The notes beneath the pieces were generated by a model. The model saw nothing but the letters and a program-made list of their open reading frames with translations, was not told where the DNA came from and did no database searches. Positions 11,901 to 25,379 of a DNA stretch of 64,000 nucleotides are shown here, piece by piece. The position numbers were made by a program, and so were the translations under genes. This stretch comes from Paraspadella gotoi (taxonomy: Eukaryota > Animalia > Chaetognatha), in contig CM119271.1 in assembly GCA_051294375.1 (NCBI GenBank), positions 12,887,039 through 12,951,038 on the forward strand, read 5' to 3'. Numbering within the stretch: position 1 is the stretch's first letter; the number at the start of each line of letters is the position of its first letter.

Positions 11901-12540
11901 CTTATCGTCCGTGGAGTGTCTAGCTTGAAACCTGTTCACGAAGATGGTTGTTACGAAGATTTAGCAGAACTCAACTCAAGATCTCGTCTCATACTAATTG
12001 TTGATCTAATTATTTTGTTTCACGCTTTTGATTAAACTTGTTATTAATTGATAATTAAACTATTATGTGCAATGTTTGCCTATAGGATATTGCCATTGGC
12101 ATTGCTGGCAAGAGCAAGCGGAGTAGGTCTGGATGTATGCTTGATTAGTTTGTGGATTAAGGGTCAATTTTATCTTACAAACAGATCAAATTGGTACTGA
12201 AACTTTTATCTCAGAGAGCTTGCTTGCCGACAGGCAGACGAATTCAGTAGCAGCGAACAGGGTTCACAGAAGTAAAAAACCGATGATGCAAGCGGCTTTT
12301 AAAGCTAGATTCCGAAATTTAACTTAAAGTTTAAAAGAAAAAGATGACGGTTAAACAGATTATCAATGAAGTATAGCCGATAAAGTTAGGTGACAGGACG
12401 ATATTGGAGACGTTAATGGCGTTAGGAGAATGACGGGTTGACTAGATCTCGGTTGAAAACACAAGTAACCGACGACGTGGTACGGCTACGGTTTACGGTT
12501 TAGTCGTCGACGTTGTTATGCCTCTTTCCCGCGTTACTGG
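7597..12540 (+). other. Insertion-rich direct duplicate of ~3250-7595 (probable raw long-read gap fill)
   Basis: Collinear with the preceding ~4.3 kb but has single-base insertions every few bases in coding and non-coding parts alike; ends in (GA)n and a 25-N gap (12686-12710). Confidence 0.85.
7690..9615 (+). pseudogene. Frameshifted copy of the fukutin-like gene (probably an artefact rather than a true pseudogene)
   Basis: Fragments such as TSKAPSKILYGFSIHDGTRN, YFWMPW and YEPWMIQHFVDHPIL are identical to 3331-4935 but scattered over all frames; it supplies intron sequence missing in the 4194-4311 gap. Confidence 0.6.
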
Positions 12541-13296
12541 AGAAGAAGAGAGAGAAGAGAGAGCGAGAGAGAGAGAGAGAAGAGAGAGAGAGAGTGCAGA
12601 TAGCAGAGAGAGAGAGAGTGTTGAGAGATGCAGAAGAGAGAGAGAGACGAGAGGAGACAGAGACGATAGGAGAGGAGGAGAGACTNNNNNNNNNNNNNNN
12701 NNNNNNNNNNGTTTACCTTCGACGGATGTTTACCTCACGAGCGCTCCCCGGTTTTTTTCCGTGGGAATTTTTCAGCGGCGACGCGTGACGAAAGGGAAAG
12801 GGAGATGGACGAACGAACAAACGAACAAGATAAAACAAACAAAAGAACAAATTTAAAAAAAAACAAAAACAAAAGAACAATAGAGAAATATATAGAGAAG
12901 ATCAAATTTAAAAAAAACAAAAAAAAACAAACAAAAGATTTCATTCGATAATAAGTAAACAAAAAAGGAGAAGGAGAGAAAAATAATTCGGGGAAAAAAA
13001 AACGATTTAGAAAAATAAACAAACATTGAAAAAAAAAACTAGAAAAACAAAATAGACAAGTCAAGTCAAGTCAAGTCGTTTTTAGTGGAAGATTGTTGTC
13101 GTCATCTTCGTCGTCGTCGTCGTCGTCGTCGTCGTCCTCATCGTTTCCCATCCTCAAAACCGGTGACCGGAAATCGGCATCCGTCGACTTTTGACTTCCA
13201 AACATTTTTTTCCGGCAGAAGAAAGAAAAAGAAAAGCAAAATATGGAAAAGGATTTTTTTTAGTTTTTTTTATACATTTCCTCTTTTTTCTTTAAT

Positions 13297-13502
13297 TTCT
13301 TTTCTCTTTCTTTTTCGCTTTTCCTTTCATTTCTTTTCTCTTTCTTTTTCGCTTTTCCTTTCATTTCTTTTCTCTTTCTTTTTCGCTTTTCCTTTCATTT
13401 CTTTTCTCTTTCTTTTTCGCTTTTCCTTTCATTTCTTTTCTCTTTCTTTTTCGCTTTTCCTTTCATTTCTTTTCTCTTTCTTTTTCGCTTTTCCTTTCAT
13501 TT
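13297..13502. repeat. 34-bp pyrimidine-rich minisatellite, ~6 copies
   Basis: Unit TTCTTTTCTCTTTCTTTTTCGCTTTTCCTTTCAT repeated almost perfectly. Confidence 0.85.
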
Positions 13503-13769
13503 TCCTCTCTCCTTATGAAATGCAAATATCTCCCTTTTTTTTTAGTTTCCCTAATTATTCTATTAGACTTTCGACTTTCCCCCCCCCCAAAAAAAAAAAG
13601 ACGACACGCCCACCTTTTTTCCTCTTCCAAGAAGATGCCTCACTTGGTCTCCATCTTATCAGACGCATTTTATCTCTTTTCTTTTTCACCTTTTTTTTTC
13701 TCCCTCTCCTTATCTCAATCCTTCGATTTTTTCTGGTTTCTTTCCTTTTCTTTCGAAAAGGTGATTGAA

Positions 13770-14101
13770 TTTTTGTCTGTCGGTCGGTCGGTCGGTCGGT
13801 CGGTCGGTATGTCTGTCCATCGGTCTGTCCCACTTACGTTAAAATGCGTATAATTTGCATATAATATAGTTGATTGCTCATTTGTTAAGACAGAAGAAAA
13901 CCTCAAATCTAAGGGACTGCTAGCGCCACCTTCAGACAAAAGACAAAAGACAAAATTACGATGCAGTGCGTGTCATAAATACCCAGGCTAAGAAAGTTAT
14001 GGTAGTCATGTAGTCATGTCATATCATGTAATGTAAGGTCATGTCATGTCACAAGAAACACGTGATAAGGCAGGCAACACATTTGAATTACAGCTCTTGT
14101 T
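13770..14101 (-). mobile_element. HINE-like family 1 copy
   Basis: (GTCG)n, GTCCCACTTACGTTAAAA, GCTAGCGCC, GGCTAAGAAAGTTATGGTAGTCATG, (CATGT)n and CAACACATTTG...CTTGTT, reverse-complementary to 24850-25170. Confidence 0.75.
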
Positions 14102-14459
14102 AATATAAAAAGAAACATAGATAGTATTTTATTTTAGTTATTAACGTTTGAAGTTTTTTTTACTAAATACTTATAGATATTCATTAAATATAGCTCACTC
14201 TTTTTTTATCTTTTCGCCATAGTTTTAAGTTTTCTCAATGCCAGTGGCTTCCCAATCAGATTTTCTTTCTCCTTATCAGGCGTCCCATTGGTCTTCGACA
14301 GGCTACTGCTTTCTCTCTCTCTCTCTCTNNNNNNNNNNNNNNNNNNNNNNNNNNNNNNNNNNNNNNNNNNNNNNNNNNNNNNNNNNNNNNNNNNNNNNNN
14401 NNNNNNNNNNNNNNNNNNNNNNNNNNNNNNNNNNNNNNNNNNNNNNNNNNNNNNNNNNN

Positions 14460-14492
<33 letters not shown>

Positions 14493-14856
14493 CTCCCTCG
14501 CGGTCGCGTCCCAAGAGACGAATTAAGGAGTCGCGTTCCTTAATTTCATTCCGTTTTTTTCCTTTTTTTCCTTTTTTTCCTTTTTTTACTTTTGTTTCTT
14601 TTTTTCTTTTTTTTCGTTTTTTTCTTTTATCTCGTTGGGGAAGAAGATAGCGCTACAGAGTTATCATCTCATTTGAATATTTTTGCCACAAAACTACCGG
14701 GTAAACCCGGTAAATAGACACAAATATTTTAACTTAAACTATGTATTTACGTGAAGATCGAAACAAATAAATGAATATTAAAAAATGTTCAAAATTAGTT
14801 TCAGACTTGCGAAAGGTTAAAATTTAAAAGTTTAACTCTAACCTTTATGTCAAAAT

Positions 14857-14940
14857 AAACAAGACCGGACCATCCAATGTGTTGCGCACCAGTGACTGGC
14901 TTTTCATGTGCATTTCCTTGTGATCACATGACTACATTAC
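14857..14940 (+). mobile_element. HINE-like family 1 5' end
   Basis: AAACAAGA...CATCCAATGTGTTGCGCACCAGTGACT...GTGATCACATGACTACA matches the 5' end of the complete copy at 62197-62536. Confidence 0.6.
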
Positions 14941-15629
14941 TAAGAAATATATGTATAACAACTGTCTTACGGTTGATCACTTCACACAACAAGACAGCGA
15001 AAAAAATTCGAGGCCTCGTTAGTNNNNNNNNNNNNNNNNNNNNNNNNNNNNNNNNNNNNNNNNNNNNNNNNNNNNNNNNNNNNNNNNNNNNNNNNNNNNN
15101 NNNNNNNNNNNNNNNNNNNNNNNNNNNNNNNNNNNNNNNNNNNNNNNNNNNNNNNNNNNNNNNNNNNNNNNNNNNNNNNNNNNNNNNNNNNNNNNNNNNN
15201 NNNNNNNNNNNNNNNNNNNNNNNNNNNNNNNNNNNNNNNNNNNNNNNNNNNNNNNNNNNNNNNNNNNNNNNNNNNNNNNNNNNNNNNNNNNNNNNNNNNN
15301 NNNNNNNNNNNNNNNNNNNNNNNNNNNNNNNNNNNNNNNNNNAATCAGCTTAACTTGAAACGTAACTCGTCACAAAGTCAAAGATGCTTTTTATTACAGA
15401 CTTTTCCACAAAATTAGTTTCAGATTCTGAAATCACTTCTTGTAAGTTATTTGTACGTTTGTTAATGTTTAATAAGCTAGTAATAGTAGTTTTGCCTTTT
15501 TTTGGAAATGCAGAGATAAAATACGGGAATTTAAATTAATGCAATTTTTTTTCGTTTTTCAAATATATATATAATATTATATATATATATTTTTNNNNNN
15601 NNNNNNNNNNNNNNNNNNNNNNNNNNNNT

Positions 15630-15664
<35 letters not shown>

Positions 15665-15964
15665 TAAACTTGCAACTTTTCTAAATATAGATTTTTTTCC
15701 CTCCTTTTTATGAACTTAAAAAAATCTTCACTCGCCAACCAGAGTAAATTCATAATCATAGCAATCACCATCAACATTTATAAAACTAAAACAAAAAAAC
15801 GAAAAAAAACCGCTTCATTTCATTTCGTAATAAAAAGAGAAATAAAAGACTAATTCATTTCCGCCGTCGCCGCTTGAGGAGAGTAATTCGTGAGAAAATT
15901 AATGACAAAAAAATCGATACTATAAACGCTTAATTTCATTTACTTAGATCATGATTCCAGCGAG

Positions 15965-16360
15965 CTTTTAGTTCGCTCCGCGAGTTACTTCTCTTTTTCG
16001 GTCAGGTATTCTGTCCGGTTATGTCGGTTATGGTTCAGTCCGTCGGGTCTGTCGCTCATTAACGTAAAAATGTTCCATCATCTGTATAAGTTGCATGTTG
16101 CCTTGTCATTGTGTTTAAAGACTAGGACAAATAAAACCTCAACCATCTAAGGCGACTGCGTTAGCGTGCACACGCCTCAGTAAATTCTCTAAAACTATAA
16201 AGGGATTGCACGTGTGTGTTTCATAAATGCACGGGCTAAGAAAAGTATGCTTGGTAATGCATATTCGTGTCGGAACCGACATGTCATGTTTATGTGCACG
16301 TGTCATGAACGAGACAATACACGTCGATAAGCAGTCACTGCCGGCGCTATCCGCAACATT
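15965..16360 (-). mobile_element. HINE-like family 1 copy in noisy (raw-read) sequence
   Basis: TTTTAGTTCGCTCCGCGAG...GCACGGGCTAAGAAAAGT...CAGTCACTGCCGGCGC with many insertions. Confidence 0.55.
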
Positions 16361-16650
16361 TTAATTTGAATTTTCACCGTCTTCTTGTCCTCTTGCTTTG
16401 TACAGTAAGAATATAAGAAAACCACGAGAGACTCAAATTTTCCGAGGTCATCTCTTACTGCAAAGAGCATTCTTCTCTTATATTATGTATCAAAACTTAT
16501 CTATCGACCGATTTTCCTTCTCTATCTTTCTAGTATTTTATAGATTTTCTCGTAGGTCTTCTAATTTATCTTGCTCCCTCTCCAATTTTCTCTCTCTCTT
16601 CTGCTCTTCCTCTCTCTCTTCTCTCGTCTCTCTCTCTGCTCTCTCTCTCT

Positions 16651-16684
<34 letters not shown>

Positions 16685-18989
16685 CTTTTATCCCGCTATT
16701 TCACTAGCGAAAATTGACAATACCAAATACATTGGGTCGGCTTTATTGGTATTTTGACAGTGCCAATGGAGTCCTTGCAATCGTAAGAATATGGAATGTT
16801 TTATACCGGTTTCATAAAAACGATATCCTGTGAAAATTAAACTTAATAAAAGCGCGCAATTAATATAAATTTTTAAAAATAAATCCCTGTTTTTTCTTAA
16901 TTCAATTTGATAGATAAGACTGAAAAGTAAACGTGAGTCAGCAAATTAGCTAGTAAATGTCACAGCTTACGTACACATCTTTCCAATTCTTACCGAAATA
17001 AAAAATTTTTTCGGAAAAATAGCCCTTACGCAACGGTGAGCCTCCACGATACGCAGTCTGTCATTTTTTTTATGGTTATAATGTAACTTAATCATTGGCC
17101 TTATTTTTTTGACTTAATAAGTCTTCTTCGTTCCCTCATTGTACGTCAAAAGAAGACCGTAAACATATTATCGCTTTTGTGCCCGCGCTCGTCCCGTCCG
17201 TCGCTCGTTCGTCGCCTGTCGCTTCGTTACTGTCAGTTTTCCTTTTAACATTTTCTAAATGACATTTCCTCTTTTTGTTTAGTTCTTTGCTCGGGTTGCA
17301 GCTGTTGTAGTTTTCGTTTTTGAAGTTTTTGAAACAAAATAAACAATGTCAACCTAAAACGTGGATGATGCCTTCCTAAACATGGCAAAAAAAACACACT
17401 TTTATGACAAGAAGTTGGATTTGAATCCAAAAAAAAAGAAAAGCATAACAAAAGTTTGTTTTTGGAAAAGTCTTCGTTCTAAACAAAGCGGGGGAAACTA
17501 ATCCAACGGCTATTGTCAGATCATTCTAAGTTTTCAAAAATGTTAGTTCCTCGTGTCTCCACGTCTGCCTGTTTACAATATTCATGTTTTAACTAAGATA
17601 TAACATTCATCAGCGGGGTGTATTTTACCCCCCCCCCAAAAAAAAAGGATTTGATGCTAGTTCATACTATTCTAATTCCCTTAGTTCTTTCTCCGCCAAA
17701 ACGTCAGGGAGCTCGGCCCAGATGGTCTTCCCTCGTCCGTCGTTCGTTGCTTGTTGGTCCGTTGTTGTTGTGGAGGTTTCCTGTCCGGAGGCAGACGCTT
17801 CCGGAACCGTAAATTCTCTAATCTCTCTCTCTCTCTTTCCTTTCACTCCTTTTCGACTTTTCACTTTCTCTTATCTTTTTATTTTCTGCTTACAATTTTT
17901 GTTGCGTGGCCAGTTTTTGATTTCTTTTTTCCTTTTTCTCTGCATTTATTAATTACTTTGCTACCTTTTTCAAGCTTTTTCTTGAATCTTTTTTTCCACA
18001 TCTTTCCCAACCTTGTCCCTCCCTTTAAATTTTTTTTCTTTCTTCCATCGTTATACTAATCTTTTCTCCTCTTCCTTTCTCTCCCTTTATTTCACTTTCT
18101 TTCCCTTTCTCCTTCTTTTTTTCTTTTCATTCTCTCTTTTCAATCTCATTTTTGCGTCCTTTTTTATTCCTTTTTTCTGCTATTTTGATTTTTTTCTTCT
18201 ACATGTTTCTTTTTTTTTCGACTTTTCTTATGATTGACCCGTCCTACTTCCGGCTTCCGTATTCAAGTCTTCCATCCAAAAAGAAGGAAAGAAATTCTTT
18301 TCAATCTTTCCCTTCTTGATTCCCCTTTCTTCACTCCACCTCTCTTACTTTTCCCTTTCTCACTTGCACTCGTCTCTGATTCCCATTTCTACTCTTCCCA
18401 TTCCCTATACTGCTAACCTACCAACCCAGACTTGAATATCACCAATATTAACCTTCTATATATAACATCGCTTAAATGCTTTCCCTCTCCCTGCTTGGGC
18501 CTAATAAAGACAATTTACGCCCGCTTCTTTCCCGTTCTCTTCGCCTTTTTTCTTCCTTCCCTCTCGGCTTCCTTCCTTTAACTACCCACCCCCGTCTGAG
18601 TAGCCGTTCTCGCATGCCCACGATTCCTCTCCTACGGCTCCTTCCTCCTCCTCCTCCTCCCTTCCTCTCCTCCCTCCCCCCAAATCCAACTCCTTCCTGA
18701 TCAACGGAGTCAAAAAAAAAAAAAAACATAAAAAAATTGGCCATTTCTGTCCGGAGGTTTTCCCCCCCCCCTTCATTCCCGTTCGCTCTTCGCGGTTCTC
18801 GTTAAGCGACCCCCACCCCTTCCCCAGTCGAAACCCCCCCCCCCACCTCCTTAAATTGACCTCTTTTAAGTCTCATGGCCACCCCTCCCCCCTTTCACTC
18901 CCCACTTCCGCCCCCTCAACCCCCCCCCAAACATACGATGAGGACTTTCCCGTCTGCAAAAACTTTACAACTCCGTTTCTTCTGCTTGC

Positions 18990-19125
18990 GACAGCCGCGA
19001 GAAATATACATCGCACCGCCACGTGGCTGCCACCGTCATCAGAATAAATGGCGCCGGTTCCTTCGCGAAACAATGGCCGCATTCCCTAACAATGCGGGCT
19101 CGGCGGGCATTGCGCAATGACGAAA
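18990..19125. promoter_or_regulatory. Promoter-like motif cluster
   Basis: CACGTG, AAATGGCGCC and AATGGCCGC (YY1-like) and TTGCGCAA (C/EBP-like palindrome) in a CpG-rich patch; the surrounding sequence quality is poor. Confidence 0.3.
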
Positions 19126-20215
19126 TATGACAATTCAGCGGAGATTAATAGTAGTGCCCCGTATTGTGAAGGACCGCGATTATAAAACGGCGACAATCGA
19201 AAATGCCTAAATTTAAAAAAATAAGAATATCTGATATGAGAAGTTGTACAACAATTATAAAACATTATCCATTCGTTAAAAAATACGGCCTATCTTGCCT
19301 GGATCTTGTATTTTGTGTGGAGAAACCATTATGACTAGCTCACTAATTAAACCTACAATGGAATCAAATCGAGCCAATCTCAAAAACGCCGACTATCCAG
19401 CACACAATCAAAGATTGCCAATCCGAACTTAATTCATTAGAATCTGTATGTCAAAAATAGATATTGTTCTCTTAACCTCCAGGCACGATTTTAAATTCTC
19501 ACTTACCTTCCATCACTCACCTTTTTCCACGGTGTCCATTTCTGGCATCCGAGCCATTATCCACCTAACGAGCCGGACCCTTCCCTGGCGAGGGTAGCCC
19601 CCTGTTCTCGAAACAGTTTCGGAAAACTCGGCCCCGTGCCCCGCTGGGCGCCGATTGCCCTTATGGCGACCCGAATGGCGCGTCCATATATCCCCCTTTA
19701 CTTTGGCCCCTATTTTCTAGTGTCTCTCTCGCTCTTCTTCCTCTCTCTTTCCTCTCTCTCTCTCTCTCTCGTCTAGCGTCTACTACCGGCCGTCACTCGA
19801 AGGTATCTCCTGTCGTGCTCTCTCTCTCTCAAAAACACGCGATTCCGAAACTGGACATCACGCGAAATTCCCGCCGGTTAGAGAAGGAGGAAAGGTCGAG
19901 AGTTACGGATCCCGTCGCGCGAGGCGGCTTTATATTTCCGAGAAATTAGGCCCATGAGGCACGGGTAGTGATACATGAAAGTAGCGTGGCCTTTCCCCGC
20001 TACTTCGGAACTATGACCATTGAAAGAGAACCGACGTCGAAACGAAAACAGTTTGAGAGGTCAATTTCTAAAAAAAAGAACGAATCAGTTGGATTATTCA
20101 GTTTGTAAAAATATAAACGAATAGTTTGCCGGGGACAAAACAACCAAAGAAAAATAAATAAACAAAAAGAATAACTACCTTCTTTAAACCTCCACACCAT
20201 CACACTACCTCCCAC

Positions 20216-21775
20216 GAGAAAGCTTGTACTTAGAGAGACCTCCAGGTTAAAACTCCGCTCTTCTCCGGACCCACGCAATCGCCTACACTGAGAAAGCTTG
20301 TATAGAGAGACCTCCAGGTTAAAACTCCCGCTACTTCTCCGCGACCCACCAATCGCCTACACTGAAAAGCTTGTATAAGAGACCTCCAGGTTAAACACTC
20401 GCCGCTCTTCTCCGGACACCACCTCAATCGCTTACACTGAAAGCTTGTATTAGAGAGACCTCCAGGGTTAAAACTCCCGCTCTTTCTCCGGACCGCCCAC
20501 CAATCGCCTACATGAGGAAACGCCTTGACTATAGTAGGAGAACCTCCAGGTTAAAACTCCGCTCTCTCTCGGACGCCCACCAACTCCGCCCTACACTGAG
20601 ATCAACGGTGTATAGAGAGACCCAGGTTAAATACTCCCGCTCTTCTCCGACCCCACCAATCGCCCTACACTGAGGCCCGCCTGTGTATAAGAGACCTCAG
20701 GTTAAACTCCCGCTCTTCTCCGCGACCACCAATCGCCTTACACTAGAAAGCTTGGTTATAGAGAGACCTCCAGGTTAAAAACTCCGCTCTTCTCCGGACC
20801 CACCAATCGCCTACACTGAGAAAGCTTTGTATAAGAGAGACCTCCAGGTTAAACTCGCGCTCTTCTCCGGATCCCAACAATCGCCTACACTGAGAAAGCT
20901 TGTTATAGAGAGACTTCCAGCGTTAAAACTCCCGCTCTTCCTCCGACCACAATCCCTACACTGAGAAAGCTTGGTATAGAGAGACTCTCCAGCGTTTAAA
21001 CTCCGCTCTTCTCCGGACCACCAATCGCGGCTACCACCTGAGGAAAGCTTGATTAGAGAAGACCTCCAGGTCTAAAACTCCCGCTCTTCTCGGACCACCA
21101 ACGCCTACACTGATAAAGCTTGTATAGACTGACTCCAGGTTAAACTCCCGCTCTTCTCCGGACCCACCAATCGCCTACACTGAGAAAGCTTGTATAGCAG
21201 AGACCTCCAGCGCTTTAAACTCCCGCTCTTCTTCGGATCCCACCAATCGCTACACTGAGAAAGCTTGTATAGAGGACCGTCCAGGTTAAACTCCCGCTCT
21301 TCTGCCGGACCCACCAATCGCCTACACTGAGAAAGCTTGTATAAGAGAGACCTCCAGCGAATTAAACTCCCGCTCTTTCTCCGGACCCACCAATCGCCTA
21401 CACTGAGAAAGCTTGTAAGAGGACTCCAGGTTAAAACTCCCGCTCTCTCTCCGGATCCCGCACCAATCGCCTACACGTGAGAAAAGCTTGTTATAGAGAG
21501 ACCTCCAGGTTAAACTCCCGCCTCTCTCCGGGACCCCACCAATCCGCCATACCACTGAAGAACAGAAAAGCTTGTATAGAAGACCTCCAGGGTTAGTAAC
21601 TTCCGCTCTTCTCCGGACCACCAATCGCCTTACATTGAAGAAAGCTTGTATAGGTGACGAGACCATCCCGAGTGTTAAACCCGCTTTTCTCCCGGGACCC
21701 ACCAATCGACACTTGAGAACAGCTTGTATAGAGAGACCTCCAGTTAAACTCCCGCTCCTCCTCTCCGACCCACCA
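20216..21775. repeat. ~71-bp satellite array, ~21 units
   Basis: Consensus GAGAAAGCTTGTATAGAGAGACCTCCAGGTTAAACTCCCGCTCTTCTCCGGACCCACCAATCGCCTACACT (one HindIII site per unit); unit variation is mostly indel noise. Confidence 0.9.
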
Positions 21776-22261
21776 GGCCGGGAAATGGGGCTGTTCCTTT
21801 ATGCCCCAGCCCACCCACCTCCTTCATTTTCGGTTTAAATTTATTTTGACTCATCAATTCTTTACATTTTTTTATTTTTTTTAATTGATAATTTTAACTT
21901 ATCTTTCTTTCTTGATCCCTATCTTAATTGGAAGCCCGTTAACAAAAAAATTAATTTACCATTAAACCATTTTTTAAAAAAAAATTAATATTGCTTAGAT
22001 GATATTTTTTTAACGTAAAACAAAGAAGATTTATCCTTATTTTAAAATATCAATATGCAAATAATCATGTGAATTTAAGGAAATTTAATAAACAAGCTCT
22101 TTAATAAACAATGTCGGATCTGCCCCGACGATCGTTTGATCTGGTAATTAACATAATTAATAATTTAAAATAAATAATAATTAATTAATTCAATTTATTT
22201 AATTAATTAGTCAATAATTATTTACTTGATCCGAAATATTTATCACTGCCTCCGAGATTTA

Positions 22262-22316
<55 letters not shown>

Positions 22317-23509
22317 CATACACGCGTTTGTTCGTTTGCTATCTCGATTTTTGGATCACTTTAACTTCATTTGGACTTCGTCGTGTCGGTCATTGTCTTC
22401 CCGTCTGCGTTCGGCGTTCACGCCTTTTTCTCTTTTTTCTCTTTCTTTCACTCATACTACGCATTTGTTTGTTTTATTATGATGAACGATTGCATCGTGT
22501 TCAATGAATGGACTATCATTGCATCAATGAATGATTATCATCATAACAATGAATGACTATCATTCGCATCAATCATTTGGTTATCAATCGCGATCCATAT
22601 TGGTTATTCGTTTATCATCGCGTCAATTTTTTGTCTTCTATTTTTTTATTTCTTTATTTTCTTCTCTCGTCAGGCGAGATCCTAATTTCTTTTTAAGTAT
22701 TTTTTTTCTTTCTTTCTTCTCTTTCCCTCTTTCTCTTTCTTTCCCTGTCTCTCTCTTTTTCTCTTCCCTGCCTCTTCTCTCTATTTCTGTTCCTCTTTTT
22801 TTCTTATCGTCTCTCTCTCTTTTTTTCCTTTCCGTCCTCTCTCTCTTTTTTTCCTTCCCATCTCCTTTTCTCTCTTTTTTCCTTCCGTCTTTTCTGCTCC
22901 GTCTTTCTTTTCATTCTTCCGTCTCGCTCTCTCTTTTTTCTTCATACTTATATGTCCTCCTTCTTTTTTTTTTTATTTCTTTTTCCGGGAACTTTTTCGG
23001 TTTGCCTTTCTTCCTGTCTTCTTTCTTCTTCTTCTTTTCTCTCCTTCTCTTATCTCTCTCTCTTCCCTTTTTTAACTTCTACTGCGTCTATTCGTTTTTT
23101 GCCGTCTTTATTTCAATTGTATATAATTATCGTACTATTTATATGTTGGTGTATAAATGCCTCATTACTAGAATTAAATTAACTTCAGAACTTTATATAT
23201 TTTATCATTATTTGATTTGAAATTTTTATTTGTAGTTTATTTCTCTAGCTAAATTTCAATGACCTTTGCACTACTCTCCTAATAGAGAGCTTATTACTCT
23301 GTTAAAACACCTATAACCCCATAAGATCCGCAAACCATAAAGGATCAGGGGAATCACTAGTCCTCTAGTTAAGAATAATAATAGGTTTCTCTCTTGATTA
23401 AACTTTAATAAACGAGTAACCTGAAGTACAATTAATTTTTTCTTCATTTTGTAGTTAATTTCTTGAGTAATTTTGACGATTTACTTTTCTCCTGATATTA
23501 GCTAATTAC

Positions 23510-23540
<31 letters not shown>

Positions 23541-24359
23541 CTCTCTTCTCTCTCTACTCTCTCTCTCTTTCTCTCTCTCGTCTCTCTCTGCCCTCTCTCT
23601 CTCTCACNNNNNNNNNNNNNNNNNNNNNNNNNCTCCTTTTATAAACATTGTCTATAAAACGTTTGCACAGCGACTAGCCCCACAAAAGATAAAATTACAA
23701 AGGTCCGTAAATCCGGCTCATGAGACGGTATGTCTGTACAATGTTCATCGTATTTCCGCTCAATAGACCCTCTTGTCTGTTTGTCTGTCTGTAGATCCGT
23801 CGATCCTTTTTCGTCCCTCATTTCCCGTCCACGGTAGTACTCGCGGCGCAACTAAAAATTGACCTAATTCTTTAATTCAAGATAAAACGGGGCGTTTCTG
23901 GAAAATAAGGCCAGGCCTCGCGCCTTTTTATTCCCCCCCCCCGTCCTCGTTCAGTTCGATCGCGACCTCAGACTAATTGGAGAGTCGTAAGGTTTCGTGC
24001 ACCAACGTCGACAGCTCGATCCGCAATTCGTTCGCCTTCTTCGTTGACCAATTTGACTCTTGTTACTTCTGTTCTTTTACCTATTCATCAAAGTCGTTCG
24101 TTCTATTATATAATACTATATGTACTATATAGTATATTACACATCTCATTCTCGTTATTTAAATATCAACCGTTTTTTGTTCAAATTTCCTCTTTTTTGC
24201 ATTCTTACGCGTTTTTTTCTTTCACTTTAGATGACTTTATCATTCATTCATTCTCATTTCATCGTTTTTATTCATTTTCGTCATTCATTCTTCCCTTTAT
24301 TCCGCATTTATCATGAATCTTGCTCTCTCCGCTCTCTCCGCCGTCTCTCGTCTCTCTTC

Positions 24360-24413
<54 letters not shown>

Positions 24414-24846
24414 TACCCTCTCTCTTCTCGCTTCTTCTTTTCTCTCCTCTCTCCTCTCTCTCTCTTCTCTCTCTCTCCTCCTTCTCCCTCTCCTCTCTCT
24501 CTCTCTTCTCTCTCTTTCGAGTTCGTCCCGCGTTCCCTACTCCATACATTTCATAATTCATAATTTTTTTTTTTTTTAAGTTCATAATCTCATCGTTTAA
24601 AAAAAAAATTTCGTCTTCTGATTTAAAATTCTCTTTCTCATCGCCGGACGGTCGCTTTCGCTTTTTATCACCAGCGCCAGCGCCCATTTTTTCTCACCAC
24701 GCCACTCACTCCGCCCCACTCACCCCGCTCACTCACCCCGTTTTCACCCACCCCGCCACTCACCCCGCTCTCTCAGCCCCTCTCCCCCCCTTTTACTCCC
24801 CTTTCCGGTTGGTTGGAATCTCTTCAAATCTATTTTCTTCTTCCCG

Positions 24847-25172
24847 ATGCGCCGCAGTGATTGCCTTATCACGTGTGTTTCTTGTGACAAGACATGACAT
24901 GACATGACCACGTGACATGACATGACTACATGACTACCGTAACTTTCTTAGCCCGTGTATTTATGGCACGCACTGCATCGGAATTTGGTCTTTTGTCTTT
25001 TGTCTTTTATTTCCTAAATGCGGCGCTAGCAGTCCCTTAGTTTAGAGGTTTTTTTCCGGTCTTAACATATGAACAACCGACTATATACAAGTTATGAGCA
25101 TTTTTAACGCAAGTGGGACAGACCTACGGACAGACATACTGACTGACCGACCGACCAAAAAGTGACTAAAAA
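24847..25172 (+). mobile_element. HINE-like family 1 copy
   Basis: GCGCCGCAGTGA, (ACATG)n, TAACTTTCTTAGCCCGTGTATTTATG, GGCGCTAGCAGTC, AAGTGGGACAGAC, (GACC)n, AAAAAGTGACT. Confidence 0.75.
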
Positions 25173-25310
25173 GATTACCTCGCGAAGAAAATGCTGAGAA
25201 GAGAGCAACGCCGTCGCAGGAATCGCTCACTGTCTCGGTTCACCCCGCCAATAGACGATTGTACTCTCAGTCGCTCATTGAGTCATCAGCTTATGACCAT
25301 TTGTTACCTG

Positions 25311-25379
25311 GTTCAGTTCAGTTCAGTTCAGTTCAGTTCAGTTCAGTTCAGTTCAGTTCAGTTCAGTTCAGTTCAGTTC
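25311..25379. repeat. (GTTCA)n microsatellite
   Basis: About 14 perfect pentamer copies. Confidence 0.9.

Noticed and set aside
20216-21775. Coding repeat (CRRLVGPEKSGSLTWRSL)
   Set aside because: The consensus unit is ~71 bp, not a multiple of three, and contains stops.
22226-24687. Long hydrophobic or RE-rich ORFs (also 13085-13768, 17722-18416 and similar)
   Set aside because: Translations of (CT)n/(GA)n and T-rich low-complexity DNA.
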